From positions 1 through 26,146 of IMG/VR virus record IMGVR_UViG_3300024283_000178: 26,146 nucleotides of DNA. One strand, given 5' to 3'. Each line of letters opens with the position of its first letter. Position 1 is the stretch's first letter. The DNA is from a virus. Its lineage: Duplodnaviria > Caudoviricetes. A program made the translations under genes and the position numbers. The notes beneath the pieces are model-generated. The model saw only the letters and a list, made by a program, of their open reading frames with translations. It did no database searches and was not told where the DNA came from. Shown here piece by piece: positions 9,746 through 17,893 of this stretch.

Positions 9746-10482
9746 GGTGCCGGAACAAAGGTGAAGCCGTTGGTGGACGGGTTGACGACGAGCGAGAATT
9801 TTGACCCGGCCGCATTGGTTAAGATCAGCCCCGAACCGTCGCCAAAAATGTGATTAACTGAAATATCCCCGTTCGTATTCCACCACCATGGGATGGTGCC
9901 ACCCTGCATGATGACGTAAACATAAGGACTTCTTTGCTGATCGATGCTAGCAACAAATGGGATATTGCCATTAGTTGACGCAATTTGGATGCCACGATAG
10001 CCGTAGATGCGGTCACTGACCGTTAAGTTTCCATATAAATTAACAAGTCCGGTTTGATTATTGGTCAACGCATTCGGTTTATTCGTGAGCAGGTTGTAAT
10101 CGAACGTGCCACCGCCGCCGGGCGACCACCCGGCATATGTCACCAGTCCGTTCGTGATGAGGTTGATCACATTCTGCACTGTGTTGGTGATGGGCACGGA
10201 AAAGCGCAGTGGCACGCGGGATTCGGGAGCAGTTAGAATGTAATCGTTCGGCTGCAGGCTGCGCACCGGGTTGGTGGCACCGGTCCGCGTGATGGTCATG
10301 AACGATCCGGTGTAAAGGTTGGTGCCATCTGTCAGCCACGGATGAACGGCCGTGACCGTGATGCTCTTGGAATAGGCCGAGCCGTTGAAAAAGGATTGCA
10401 GCGGAAACTCGACGAGCGTGCCTCCAAGGCAAATGCTGAAAAGCTGAAAGCTGAAAGCTGAAAGCAAAAGGATTTTTTTCAT
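9742..10482 (-). CDS. Signal-peptide-bearing fibre-like protein (start reassigned to ATG 10482)
   Basis: MKKILLLSAFSFQLFSICLG signal; DYNLLTNKP, FGDGSGL and C-terminal LILTNAAGSKFSLVV fibre-like motifs. Confidence 0.6.
   Translation of the reverse strand: MKKILLLSAFSFQLFSICLGGTLVEFPLQSFFNGSAYSKSITVTAVHPWLTDGTNLYTGSFMTITRTGATNPVRSLQPNDYILTAPESRVPLRFSVPITNTVQNVINLITNGLVTYAGWSPGGGGTFDYNLLTNKPNALTNNQTGLVNLYGNLTVSDRIYGYRGIQIASTNGNIPFVASIDQQRSPYVYVIMQGGTIPWWWNTNGDISVNHIFGDGSGLILTNAAGSKFSLVVNPSTNGFTFVPAP
10435..10465. repeat. Heptamer tandem repeat (GCTGAAA)n inside signal-peptide coding region
   Basis: GCTGAAAA GCTGAAA GCTGAAA GCTGAAA GC. Confidence 0.9.
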
Positions 10483-10505
10483 AATTGGGTGCAGGCCGCG
10501 CCTGC

Positions 10506-11225
10506 TCATTGGTGTTGATAGTTGAGCGTGTTGGTTCCGAACGTGAAAGTGATGTTGGTCACCGCGCCACTCGCATTGGTGAATGTCGTGATGCCGGAAA
10601 TAAATATGATGACATTCGTGGATGGATTGTTTGTGGCCGGCTGGAATCCGAGTGCGAAATTCATGCCCGCCGGCGTGTTTGTCGGCGGTGTGAACGGCAG
10701 TTGCGAATAACTGATCGGTGCAGCATTCGTCGCCGGCTGAAAGCCTTCAGCCGCGAGGATGCCGGCGGGCGTGTTTGTGGCCGGCGCAAAGTGCAGCCAG
10801 TTGGTCACCAGGCCGAAGCCGTTCAGATACGTTCCAGCAAACACGGCCGTGTTGGTGGCATAGACCGACAGGCTCAAAAAATTGGTCGTATCCGGAATTG
10901 AAACGTAGAAGCCGCTGTCCAGATCAGGAAAGTAGATCCGGAACGTGTTTGGGTAAGTCGAATTGGAAAGATACCCGGTGGCATCCGGCGTATTGGTGAC
11001 GATCCGGCCGCCATAAACCATGTTCGTTCCATAAACGATCCAGGTGTTCACCGGCGGCCATGCCTGCATCTGATACGCATTGGTCATCGGCGTGCCATCG
11101 GTGTTTCTGAACGCGCTGAAGTAAGGAGTGGCGCGAACAGTTGAGAGTTGGGAGTTGAGAGTTGAGAGCAGAGCCAGCAGCAGCAGCGTAAGCACTGCGG
11201 CCGTATTTAATTTTGAATTTTTCAT
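10506..11225 (-). CDS. Signal-peptide-bearing fibre-like protein with internal repeats (start reassigned to ATG 11225)
   Basis: MKNSKLNTAAVLTLLLLALLSTLNSQLSTVRA signal; duplicated F.P.TNTPAG....GFQPATN resembling ALGYTP-type fibre repeats. Confidence 0.6.
   Translation of the reverse strand: MKNSKLNTAAVLTLLLLALLSTLNSQLSTVRATPYFSAFRNTDGTPMTNAYQMQAWPPVNTWIVYGTNMVYGGRIVTNTPDATGYLSNSTYPNTFRIYFPDLDSGFYVSIPDTTNFLSLSVYATNTAVFAGTYLNGFGLVTNWLHFAPATNTPAGILAAEGFQPATNAAPISYSQLPFTPPTNTPAGMNFALGFQPATNNPSTNVIIFISGITTFTNASGAVTNITFTFGTNTLNYQHQ
11139..11168. repeat. Heptamer tandem repeat (AGTTGAG)x4 inside signal-peptide coding region
   Basis: AGTTGAG AGTTGGG AGTTGAG AGTTGAG AG; encodes LSTLNSQLST. Confidence 0.9.
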
Positions 11226-11233
11226 TTTTAATT

Positions 11234-11665
11234 TCAAGCTGGAGCGTTGATGGAATAGGAGCCGCCCACGAAGGCGTAGCGGCACCGGGTTGATTGGTCA
11301 CTGGCCGGATCGGGTGTGAATTCTGTCCTGGCGACCGCAGCCATGTAAGTGATGCTGCCGCCCTGCGTGATTTTCAGATCCAAATTTCCAAGCGTTGAAA
11401 ACATGGCCGGATGCGCCGCGAGAAATGTGACGGCCGAATCGGGCGAAGCGTGCTGGCGCTCGATCAGGAAGGAAACCGTCCAAGTGTCGTTGCCATTATC
11501 GTATACGGCCACGCCGCCAGCACCGAAGCCCGGCTCAATCGCCGGTTGCGAGACCGACTTCGGCTGGAAGCCGGAGATGCGCGCACCGAGCGCGGCGACA
11601 GACTCGTCCGCGAGGACGGTCCACCCACCTACACCATTGCCGGCGGCTCTGTATTCGATCTTCAC
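11234..11665 (-). CDS. Hypothetical tail protein, possibly distal-tail (Dit)/tube fold
   Basis: 143 aa, beta-rich, VYDNGNDTWTVSFLIER followed by a helix; located in the tail module. Confidence 0.5.
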   Translation of the reverse strand: MKIEYRAAGNGVGGWTVLADESVAALGARISGFQPKSVSQPAIEPGFGAGGVAVYDNGNDTWTVSFLIERQHASPDSAVTFLAAHPAMFSTLGNLDLKITQGGSITYMAAVARTEFTPDPASDQSTRCRYAFVGGSYSINAPA

Positions 11666-11705
11666 AACAAACGTGACGTTTGATCCCTATTGCGCTTCGT
11701 GCGGA

Positions 11706-11948
11706 CTATTTCGCTGGCGCGGTCGGCGCGGGCGCGGTGGGTGCGGCCGCTGTGTCAGCCGGCTCCGGGTTGGCGACGGTCCATTTTTCGTGTTCGGCGA
11801 GCAGTTCCCCTGCAGCGGAGAGACTGCCCCGGATGCCGGCCACGAAGTGTGAAGCGCCGTGATACTTGTCGGCGACAAGTTGCTGGCCGATGCGCTCAGC
11901 GTCGGCGATGGTTTTCTTGAGGGCGGCGATGTTGATTTGTGATTTCAT
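11706..11948 (-). CDS. Hypothetical protein at the tail assembly chaperone position
   Basis: 80 aa helical with Ala/Pro-rich tail; A-rich leader; directly after the tube gene. Confidence 0.55.
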   Translation of the reverse strand: MKSQINIAALKKTIADAERIGQQLVADKYHGASHFVAGIRGSLSAAGELLAEHEKWTVANPEPADTAAAPTAPAPTAPAK

Positions 11949-12004
11949 AATTGGTCGTTAATGATGTTTTAATTTCTACTTTCTTCTTTCCGAATTTTTG
12001 ATTT

Positions 12005-12916
12005 TCAACTGAACGCCAGGCGCGTGCCGGGCGTCGCGATCGCGCCGACGAAAGCAAATTCGTCGTGGCGTAAAAGTTTGTTGTCGAAGTTATATTTCCC
12101 ACGGAACGGCATCGCCCCTTTGAGCGTCCCGGAAATGCCGCTGCCGGTGACTACCAGGTCGGCGGCGCCGGTGCTCAAGCGCGTGCCGATGACGCCGGGG
12201 AACTGGCCGACGAGCTGCGTGGTCGTCGGGCCTTCGGGTTTGAAGACCATCATGCCGCGATAACCGACGATGCGTTTATCCACCAGGATATTTCCCTGCT
12301 TCACGTCGGCCCATTCCATTTCGTGCTGAAGCTCGAAGCCTTCCTGCGCGAACAACGCGGTGAAGCCGGCGACTGCACCCCACGCGGCGGTGCATTCCGC
12401 TTCCTGATGCCCGGTCGGGAAATCCGATTGATCCCAGGCCACGCCGCTGCTCTGCACCACGAACGCATCAGCATCCGTCAATGCCTTGCCGTTGCCCAAA
12501 AAGGCGGTGTGTTGCGCTGCACCGTAAAGTCCTTTGCCGAGGCCAAAGAAAACATTCGGCATCTTGGACAACGCCGCGCGCGTGAAGACGTGTTGCTCAC
12601 CATCCGCGCCAAGCACGGTGACAGCGCGATTGGCCGCGCCGATGATACGCGCTCCGCCGGCAGCGAAGTTCGTATAAGCGGGCGGCAGGAAGACGCCGCG
12701 ATAGCCAGCGCTCCAGATGCTCTTCGGCGTGTAATCAATCTCGTAAGTGAGACCGATGAGGATCTGATCATCCTTGGTGGTCAGCGACGAGGGGATGTCG
12801 CGGTAGACCGGCTTGGGTGTGATCGTGACGTTTCCTTCGGTGTAGATGACGGTGGCCACGTCGGTGATCTTGCACGGGCCGCCCACGGTGATTTTTGAGA
12901 AGTCAGATGTTGGCAT
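12005..12916 (-). CDS. Major tail tube protein (putative)
   Basis: 303 aa, N-terminal ITVGGPCKI..YTEGNVTI typical of tube proteins; follows head-tail joining genes. Confidence 0.65.
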   Translation of the reverse strand: MPTSDFSKITVGGPCKITDVATVIYTEGNVTITPKPVYRDIPSSLTTKDDQILIGLTYEIDYTPKSIWSAGYRGVFLPPAYTNFAAGGARIIGAANRAVTVLGADGEQHVFTRAALSKMPNVFFGLGKGLYGAAQHTAFLGNGKALTDADAFVVQSSGVAWDQSDFPTGHQEAECTAAWGAVAGFTALFAQEGFELQHEMEWADVKQGNILVDKRIVGYRGMMVFKPEGPTTTQLVGQFPGVIGTRLSTGAADLVVTGSGISGTLKGAMPFRGKYNFDNKLLRHDEFAFVGAIATPGTRLAFS

Positions 12917-12931
12917 AATGCTAGTTTAGAA

Positions 12932-12958
12932 TTGGTGAGTTAGTGAGTTGGTGAGTTA
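12932..12958. repeat. Octamer tandem repeat (TTRGTGAG)x3, intergenic
   Basis: TTGGTGAG TTAGTGAG TTGGTGAG TTA. Confidence 0.8.
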
Positions 12959-13690
12959 AGGCATCGTGAAAGCGCCGACCGGAGAACCGGCGATGCCGTC
13001 TTTGTGGGCCGCCCACAAGATTTGAGAGCCGGAATCCGCCGCGAACTGGCCGGCATATTCTTGCGCGCCGGTTTCGAGCGGGCCGGGAAATGTTTCACCG
13101 TCGAGCGAATACCAGATGTCCGCGTCTGCCGTGAGGTTGGTGAAAGTGACATTGCCGCCGGCAACGGCGATTTGTGGCGTGACGCAAGAGATGAGCGGAT
13201 TCACGGCAAGATTGCATTGCAGCAAAATATCCACCGTCATCATCTTGGAATCGTTCGAGTAATAAGGCAGGAAGCATTCACCGTCCGCGAAGAAACTTCC
13301 GATGTTGCCGAAGCGCGTCTGACCCGCGAGCAATACCTGAAAGCCGATTTCCGAAACGTATTTGTTCGTCCCCTTGTCGGAGAAATTATACAGCGGATGA
13401 ACTTCGCACCGGCACAGCATCGTCATCATGCCTTGCAGGCCGGGCAGGTTCGGATTCTTGTTGCGGAAGCTCGGCTGGAAGACACGCACCGCCGCTCCGA
13501 TCCGGCCGCCCGTTTCCTGCAAGCCCTGGAGCGCGCGATCAATCTTGACGTGGATCGTTTTCGGCGTGATGATTTTGTCACCTTCCTTATACACACGCGG
13601 CGCGGCGACATAGATGTCTTTGAAATAATCCAGCGACCGGTAACGCGCCGCCATGAAAGTTTGCGCGAGTTCAATATTGGTCAAGCTCAT
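12956..13690 (-). CDS. Putative tail completion/terminator protein with C-terminal Fn3-associated (chitobiase C-terminal-like) domain
   Basis: Position before the tube gene; TPQI..VTFT..ADIWYSLDG..P..Y....AAHKDG..S motif. Confidence 0.55.
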   Translation of the reverse strand: MSLTNIELAQTFMAARYRSLDYFKDIYVAAPRVYKEGDKIITPKTIHVKIDRALQGLQETGGRIGAAVRVFQPSFRNKNPNLPGLQGMMTMLCRCEVHPLYNFSDKGTNKYVSEIGFQVLLAGQTRFGNIGSFFADGECFLPYYSNDSKMMTVDILLQCNLAVNPLISCVTPQIAVAGGNVTFTNLTADADIWYSLDGETFPGPLETGAQEYAGQFAADSGSQILWAAHKDGIAGSPVGAFTMP

Positions 13691-14349
13691 GAAGCACCTC
13701 CGGCGTCGCGGCTGGCGCGTTCGATCATCTCGTTCACCGTGTCGCTGGCGACGGACAAAATGTCTTCGTCCGCCGGGATCACTTCCGGGTCGGGATTTTG
13801 CGAAACGGATTTCACGAGCCAGAAATAAACACCGCCACCCGTGACGTGCGTATCGTAACTGCGCGCCCCATTCTTTCCCTTGCGACCGAGATGAACCTGC
13901 GTCGCCGCCGCCTCGACGAGCGCGAATGCTTCCGACCGGCCGCCGACGCGATGCCAGGCCAGTTGCAGGTTGTTAAATTCACCAGGCGTTTTGCCGTAGG
14001 CTTCGGCCCGCGCCGGGATCGCCAGATTTTTTGCGTGGACGGGAAAAATATCGCCGCCCATGAAACGCTGACGGATGCCGATCTGATTGACATTGATGTT
14101 CACGCCATCCGCGACCGCGCTCCAATTCGTGGCCCGCGCCGCCGCCGGCCAGAAGCCGGTTGTGGGATAGCCGTATTTGTTCGTCGGCGCGTGGATGAAA
14201 TGATTCTGAAAAAGATTCACCTCCGCTTCGCCGATGTTGGCGGCGAGTTGCGACGGTGTGAAGAGTCCTTCCAGAGCGACCATCGCAGGACTGACATTGT
14301 CCACAATGTTGATCGCGTATGAGATTGCCATGATGATTAAAAATTTCAT
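13687..14349 (-). CDS. Virion morphogenesis protein (Mu gpG-like, putative)
   Basis: QRFMGGDIFPVHAKNLAIP and FWLVKSVSQ motifs; ATGA-coupled on both sides. Confidence 0.6.
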   Translation of the reverse strand: MKFLIIMAISYAINIVDNVSPAMVALEGLFTPSQLAANIGEAEVNLFQNHFIHAPTNKYGYPTTGFWPAAARATNWSAVADGVNINVNQIGIRQRFMGGDIFPVHAKNLAIPARAEAYGKTPGEFNNLQLAWHRVGGRSEAFALVEAAATQVHLGRKGKNGARSYDTHVTGGGVYFWLVKSVSQNPDPEVIPADEDILSVASDTVNEMIERASRDAGGAS

Positions 14350-15158
14350 GCTGCCACCCCGAAAAGTTCCCCGAGATCCAACGGATGCGGCTCGGCTTTT
14401 TCCCCTGGATCAATCAAGCCGAGTTCTTCAGCGTCGCTGCGCGAAACGCTCTGCACCCACATGCCGGAGTTGAACGCGAAGGGCGGATACGGATTGCCGA
14501 GCGTGTCGTCATAGCCGCCGGCACCGTCGCCGAGCGCCTGCCAGATTTCTGAATCCTTCAGCGCAACCATCCGCCCGGAATCTTCCAGGCACTTGGCCGC
14601 GTCCTCGTCGCCAGATTCATCCGCCGCCGCCGCCCAGCGCGCTTCCCAATCGCGCACCTTCATGCGCTGCTCAAACCGCACCAGCTCTTGGGCGGGGAAT
14701 TGATCCAGGACATCTGGGTTGTTCATCTGAATGAAACGGCCCGCGCCTTGCGCGAGTTCCGTGTTCGTCTTCAGAACGAGATTGATTCTCGGGTTGCTCG
14801 ACAAATCTTTCAGTGTGCCGGCCTCACCCGGTTCCGGCGCATAGCCGAGACCGCGCAATAAATCCTTGATGCCCTGCCGCGCGTAAGCCTGGTTCAAACC
14901 GGTCGTGACGTTGCCTTCAGGATTTTCCGGCGTGACACGATCCGCGCGCTGTTCGGTTTTCGGGTTGATGATGCTCTCCACATCGAATTTATATTGGTCA
15001 AGCAGATCGGTGAGCATCGTGCGGGCGGAAATGAACGATTTCCGTTTGACGGCTGCATCCAGCGTGCGCAGCTCGGCGCTCGACAAGTCTGATGGCAACG
15101 CAGACTTAACCTCGTTCGCCCGCACGGCGGCGGTAAAGGGATGTAATGTGTCGATCAT
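14346..15158 (-). CDS. Minor head morphogenesis protein (Mu gpF/SPP1 gp7-like)
   Basis: SFISAR, RINLVLKTN..AQGAGR, YPPFAFNSG matching the gpF PPxxFNC motif. Confidence 0.75.
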   Translation of the reverse strand: MIDTLHPFTAAVRANEVKSALPSDLSSAELRTLDAAVKRKSFISARTMLTDLLDQYKFDVESIINPKTEQRADRVTPENPEGNVTTGLNQAYARQGIKDLLRGLGYAPEPGEAGTLKDLSSNPRINLVLKTNTELAQGAGRFIQMNNPDVLDQFPAQELVRFEQRMKVRDWEARWAAAADESGDEDAAKCLEDSGRMVALKDSEIWQALGDGAGGYDDTLGNPYPPFAFNSGMWVQSVSRSDAEELGLIDPGEKAEPHPLDLGELFGVAA

Positions 15159-15159
15159 G

Positions 15160-15609
15160 TCAGCCGTTCATTTCGTTTTTCCGGCGACAGGGGGCCGGAC
15201 CAAAGCTGGGCGGCGCGACGGTCGGCTCCATCGGCGCGTCAACTGCATCGTCAGGCTTATCCACCACGTCGGTGCACTCCGCCACGCGATTCAGATCACG
15301 TTCGCGGCGCGCGACGTTGTCGCGCTCATCCTGCGTCAGATCGATTTCCAGCGATATTTTCAGCCGGGCGATAATTAGATCTACGGCAATGTCGCGCAGA
15401 CCTTTCGGGATCTTCGTCAGATCGGAATCCAACTGGTTGCGCTGGCAACTGCCGACCTTGCGGCGCACATGATCCACCACGCCCTGGATGATGCCGGCGG
15501 CGCGATTATCCTGCCCATCGGCAAGCGCTGCGGAATCGCATGCGTCCACGAGCGCGGCGACCTTCGCCTCATAAAGCGTGTCTAAAGTGATGGCGATCCA
15601 GTTGCTCAA
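15160..15609 (-). CDS. Head-tail adaptor (Mu gp36/DUF1320-like)
   Basis: 149 aa helical; IPKGLRDIAVDLIIARL..RDLNRVA pattern; downstream of the capsid genes. Confidence 0.7.
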   Translation of the reverse strand: MSNWIAITLDTLYEAKVAALVDACDSAALADGQDNRAAGIIQGVVDHVRRKVGSCQRNQLDSDLTKIPKGLRDIAVDLIIARLKISLEIDLTQDERDNVARRERDLNRVAECTDVVDKPDDAVDAPMEPTVAPPSFGPAPCRRKNEMNG

Positions 15610-15640
15610 GATGGTTGAGAGTTATTGGCGGGATTCATTT

Positions 15641-15675
15641 TAAAAAGCGGCGGAGGTTTTGCGGCCTCCGCCGCT
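15641..15675 (-). terminator. Intrinsic terminator closing the head transcription unit
   Basis: 11-bp stem AGCGGCGGAGG/CCTCCGCCGCT (15646-15675), followed on the minus strand by a T run. Confidence 0.75.
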
Positions 15676-15697
15676 GATTGTTTTTTGAGGCTCCGTT

Positions 15698-16402
15698 TTA
15701 TGGCGCGTAAGTGCTCCAGCTTGCCTGAACGTAGTTGGTGGATTGGACGGCACCATTGGCACACGTCGCCCAACGGATCAGCGTGACATTGTCCAGAGTG
15801 GCGGCCGGCAGGTTCGTCCAGTTCACCACCAGCGTGGTGCCATTCGCGGTGGTGATCACTGAGATCGGATGCGTTGTGGTCCAGTTGGTGGATGAGTTGT
15901 AGACCGTAGCCACATCGAACGTGTTGGTCGTGTTGCCCGTGGCCGCACCGGAACATTGCAGAAAGTTCCAGAGACTAAGGCCGCGTTTAGCCGCGATTGG
16001 GATCGGATCGCTGTTGACCGTGAGCACCTGACCGGCCGTCAATATGACCTGGCCATTGGTCGAGAGCACGCCGCTGATTGCATTCGTGAACTGGACCGTC
16101 TTGTAGCTGAACAGATCAGCGTGAGCAGACATCGCCAAGGACGCGAACAAGCCAATGATCAGGAGAATAGCCAATTTCGCCGAACCGCCGGCAGTCTCAG
16201 TCTTTTCCTTTTTCGGCTTTGCCTCCCTCTCAACCTTGATCTCGTCGGCCAGGCCGCGCTCAATGAGGTGGGCGGCCAGCTCGTCGGATTGGATTTCGTG
16301 CGTGGCTCCAAGCTTGATGTCGGGACCAAGTTTCTCACCGTGCTCAATGCCGCCGAACTTGGGAGACAGATGGACGTTGCTTTTGAATTGCAGAGTTTTC
16401 AT
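15698..16402 (-). CDS. Post-capsid protein: charged N-domain, internal signal/TM segment, beta-rich C-domain
   Basis: ELAAHLIERGLADE..KPKKEK then KLAILLIIGLFASLAMSAHA-D then a Thr/Asn-rich domain. Confidence 0.75.
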   Translation of the reverse strand: MKTLQFKSNVHLSPKFGGIEHGEKLGPDIKLGATHEIQSDELAAHLIERGLADEIKVEREAKPKKEKTETAGGSAKLAILLIIGLFASLAMSAHADLFSYKTVQFTNAISGVLSTNGQVILTAGQVLTVNSDPIPIAAKRGLSLWNFLQCSGAATGNTTNTFDVATVYNSSTNWTTTHPISVITTANGTTLVVNWTNLPAATLDNVTLIRWATCANGAVQSTNYVQASWSTYAP

Positions 16403-16428
16403 TTTTTATTCGATTGAATTTAAGTTGC

Positions 16429-16463
16429 GCGCAGCGGCCGCCAGTCACGGCGGCCGCCGCACA
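16429..16463 (-). promoter_or_regulatory. Strong RNA hairpin just after the major capsid stop (mRNA stabiliser or partial terminator)
   Basis: GCGGCCGCC-6 nt-GGCGGCCGC core, extendable with G-U pairs on the minus strand; no U tract. Confidence 0.55.
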
Positions 16464-16467
16464 TTGG

Positions 16468-17409
16468 TTAACGGACTGCCGCGACTGCCGCGGTGTTGGT
16501 GACAGACGGCAACGTGGTCCAGTCCATCTTCAGGACCTGGTCACGCTCGTCTTCCGAGGTGTAGGTGCCCGGCTTGAAGAAGCCGCCCATGCGGGCGAAG
16601 GTCTTCATGAAGGAAGGGTCCATCCGGTTGGGCGTGCCGTTACTGGCGAACACGATCACAACATCGTCTAGTAGAAACTGGATGTTTTCCGCGGCGCCGT
16701 CTGCGCCATTATCAATGACCATCTCGGAGCATTGCACTTCCGGGTTGAAGATGAGCAGTCCGCTCACGTCATCAATGTTCGGCGAGACGACGCCGACGCC
16801 GTTCTTCGCGCTCGCACCGCTGGCGATGATGAACTTTTTCTGCACATACCCGTTGTCGCGGAACTGCTGGAATTTGGTGGTGCCGAATAGAACCTTGATG
16901 GCCGCACCGTTCTTCGCCGCCTTTTTCACGGCGAGGATCATCTTGTCCAGGATGGTGATCGGGTTGACGCCATCGTCAGAGAAATCCGCCGCGACCGTGA
17001 GCGGACTCGCGAGCGCCGCCGTCTTGGCAATGGTGACGATTTCGTTTTCCAGCGCAAGTGAACCGGAGTCCGCAATAATGCCCTGGCCTTCCATGATGGA
17101 GAAGGTCAAGGATTCATCCGACAGGCCGCCGATGTTCGGGATCGGAAAATCCAGCGCGTTAGGTTCCAGCGTGCCATTGGCATCCGTGGCGCTGAAGCCA
17201 AGCCGCGTGACCTTGCCATTCACCTGGCGTTTGGTATCCGGCACCTTGAAGCGGTTTTTATCCGAATACACCTTGTATCGGAAGTTGATGTCAGGCACCT
17301 CGCAGAGCGGCGCGATGAACTGGCCAACGGGCCGGATGGCGCGTTGCGACGCCGTGATTGCGTAATTGGTGAGCAGGGGCGAGCCTGCAAGTTGAGCGAT
17401 GCGATTCAT
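16468..17409 (-). CDS. Major capsid protein
   Basis: 313 aa after protease and cement genes; SPLLTNYAI..FIAPLCEVP N-terminus like lambda gpE-type capsids of Mu-like phages. Confidence 0.8.
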   Translation of the reverse strand: MNRIAQLAGSPLLTNYAITASQRAIRPVGQFIAPLCEVPDINFRYKVYSDKNRFKVPDTKRQVNGKVTRLGFSATDANGTLEPNALDFPIPNIGGLSDESLTFSIMEGQGIIADSGSLALENEIVTIAKTAALASPLTVAADFSDDGVNPITILDKMILAVKKAAKNGAAIKVLFGTTKFQQFRDNGYVQKKFIIASGASAKNGVGVVSPNIDDVSGLLIFNPEVQCSEMVIDNGADGAAENIQFLLDDVVIVFASNGTPNRMDPSFMKTFARMGGFFKPGTYTSEDERDQVLKMDWTTLPSVTNTAAVAAVR

Positions 17410-17449
17410 ATTTTTATTCGATTATTTTTATTTCAGGTTCAGGTCACGA

Positions 17450-17893
17450 TTAGAGGTTGAAGGCGCGGTCCGGGATGCGGCGGACCTTGACCGGGTTGGG
17501 AACGACCGCGCCGGCGGCGACCGCCGATTCCGCGACGAACGTGTAAAAGCCCGCGCCGTCGCCGGCCTTGGGTTTGTAAAGCTTGCCAAAGCTGTTCGGT
17601 GAGAGCGCCAGCATGTCCCCCGGATTGATGGCGTTGACGCTGTCGATCAGCACGCGGCAGTTTTCATTAATGCTCGGCGCTTCCGCGATGCTCGGCTGGC
17701 CGATGATGTCGCCGGAGGCGAGGATGTGGCCGGCTTGATCCGCGACGGCCGTGGGCAGCGCAAAGTTCGCGATGCCACCATTGTTTACAATCTTCACCAG
17801 AAGATTTTCTTTGCCGGTCAGATCCACGGAGCCGGGCAACGTGATGTCGCCGACGCGCGTATCGGACTGGCCGGGATTAAGTGCAGAATTCAT
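17450..17893 (-). CDS. Capsid cement/decoration protein (DUF2190-like)
   Basis: 147 aa between scaffold and capsid genes; AINPGDMLALSPNSFGK..VAESAVAAG pattern. Confidence 0.65.
   Translation of the reverse strand: MNSALNPGQSDTRVGDITLPGSVDLTGKENLLVKIVNNGGIANFALPTAVADQAGHILASGDIIGQPSIAEAPSINENCRVLIDSVNAINPGDMLALSPNSFGKLYKPKAGDGAGFYTFVAESAVAAGAVVPNPVKVRRIPDRAFNL

Noticed and set aside
10435-12958. Short repeats as a CRISPR array
   Set aside because: Units are 7-8 bp in tandem without spacers, and no cas genes are present
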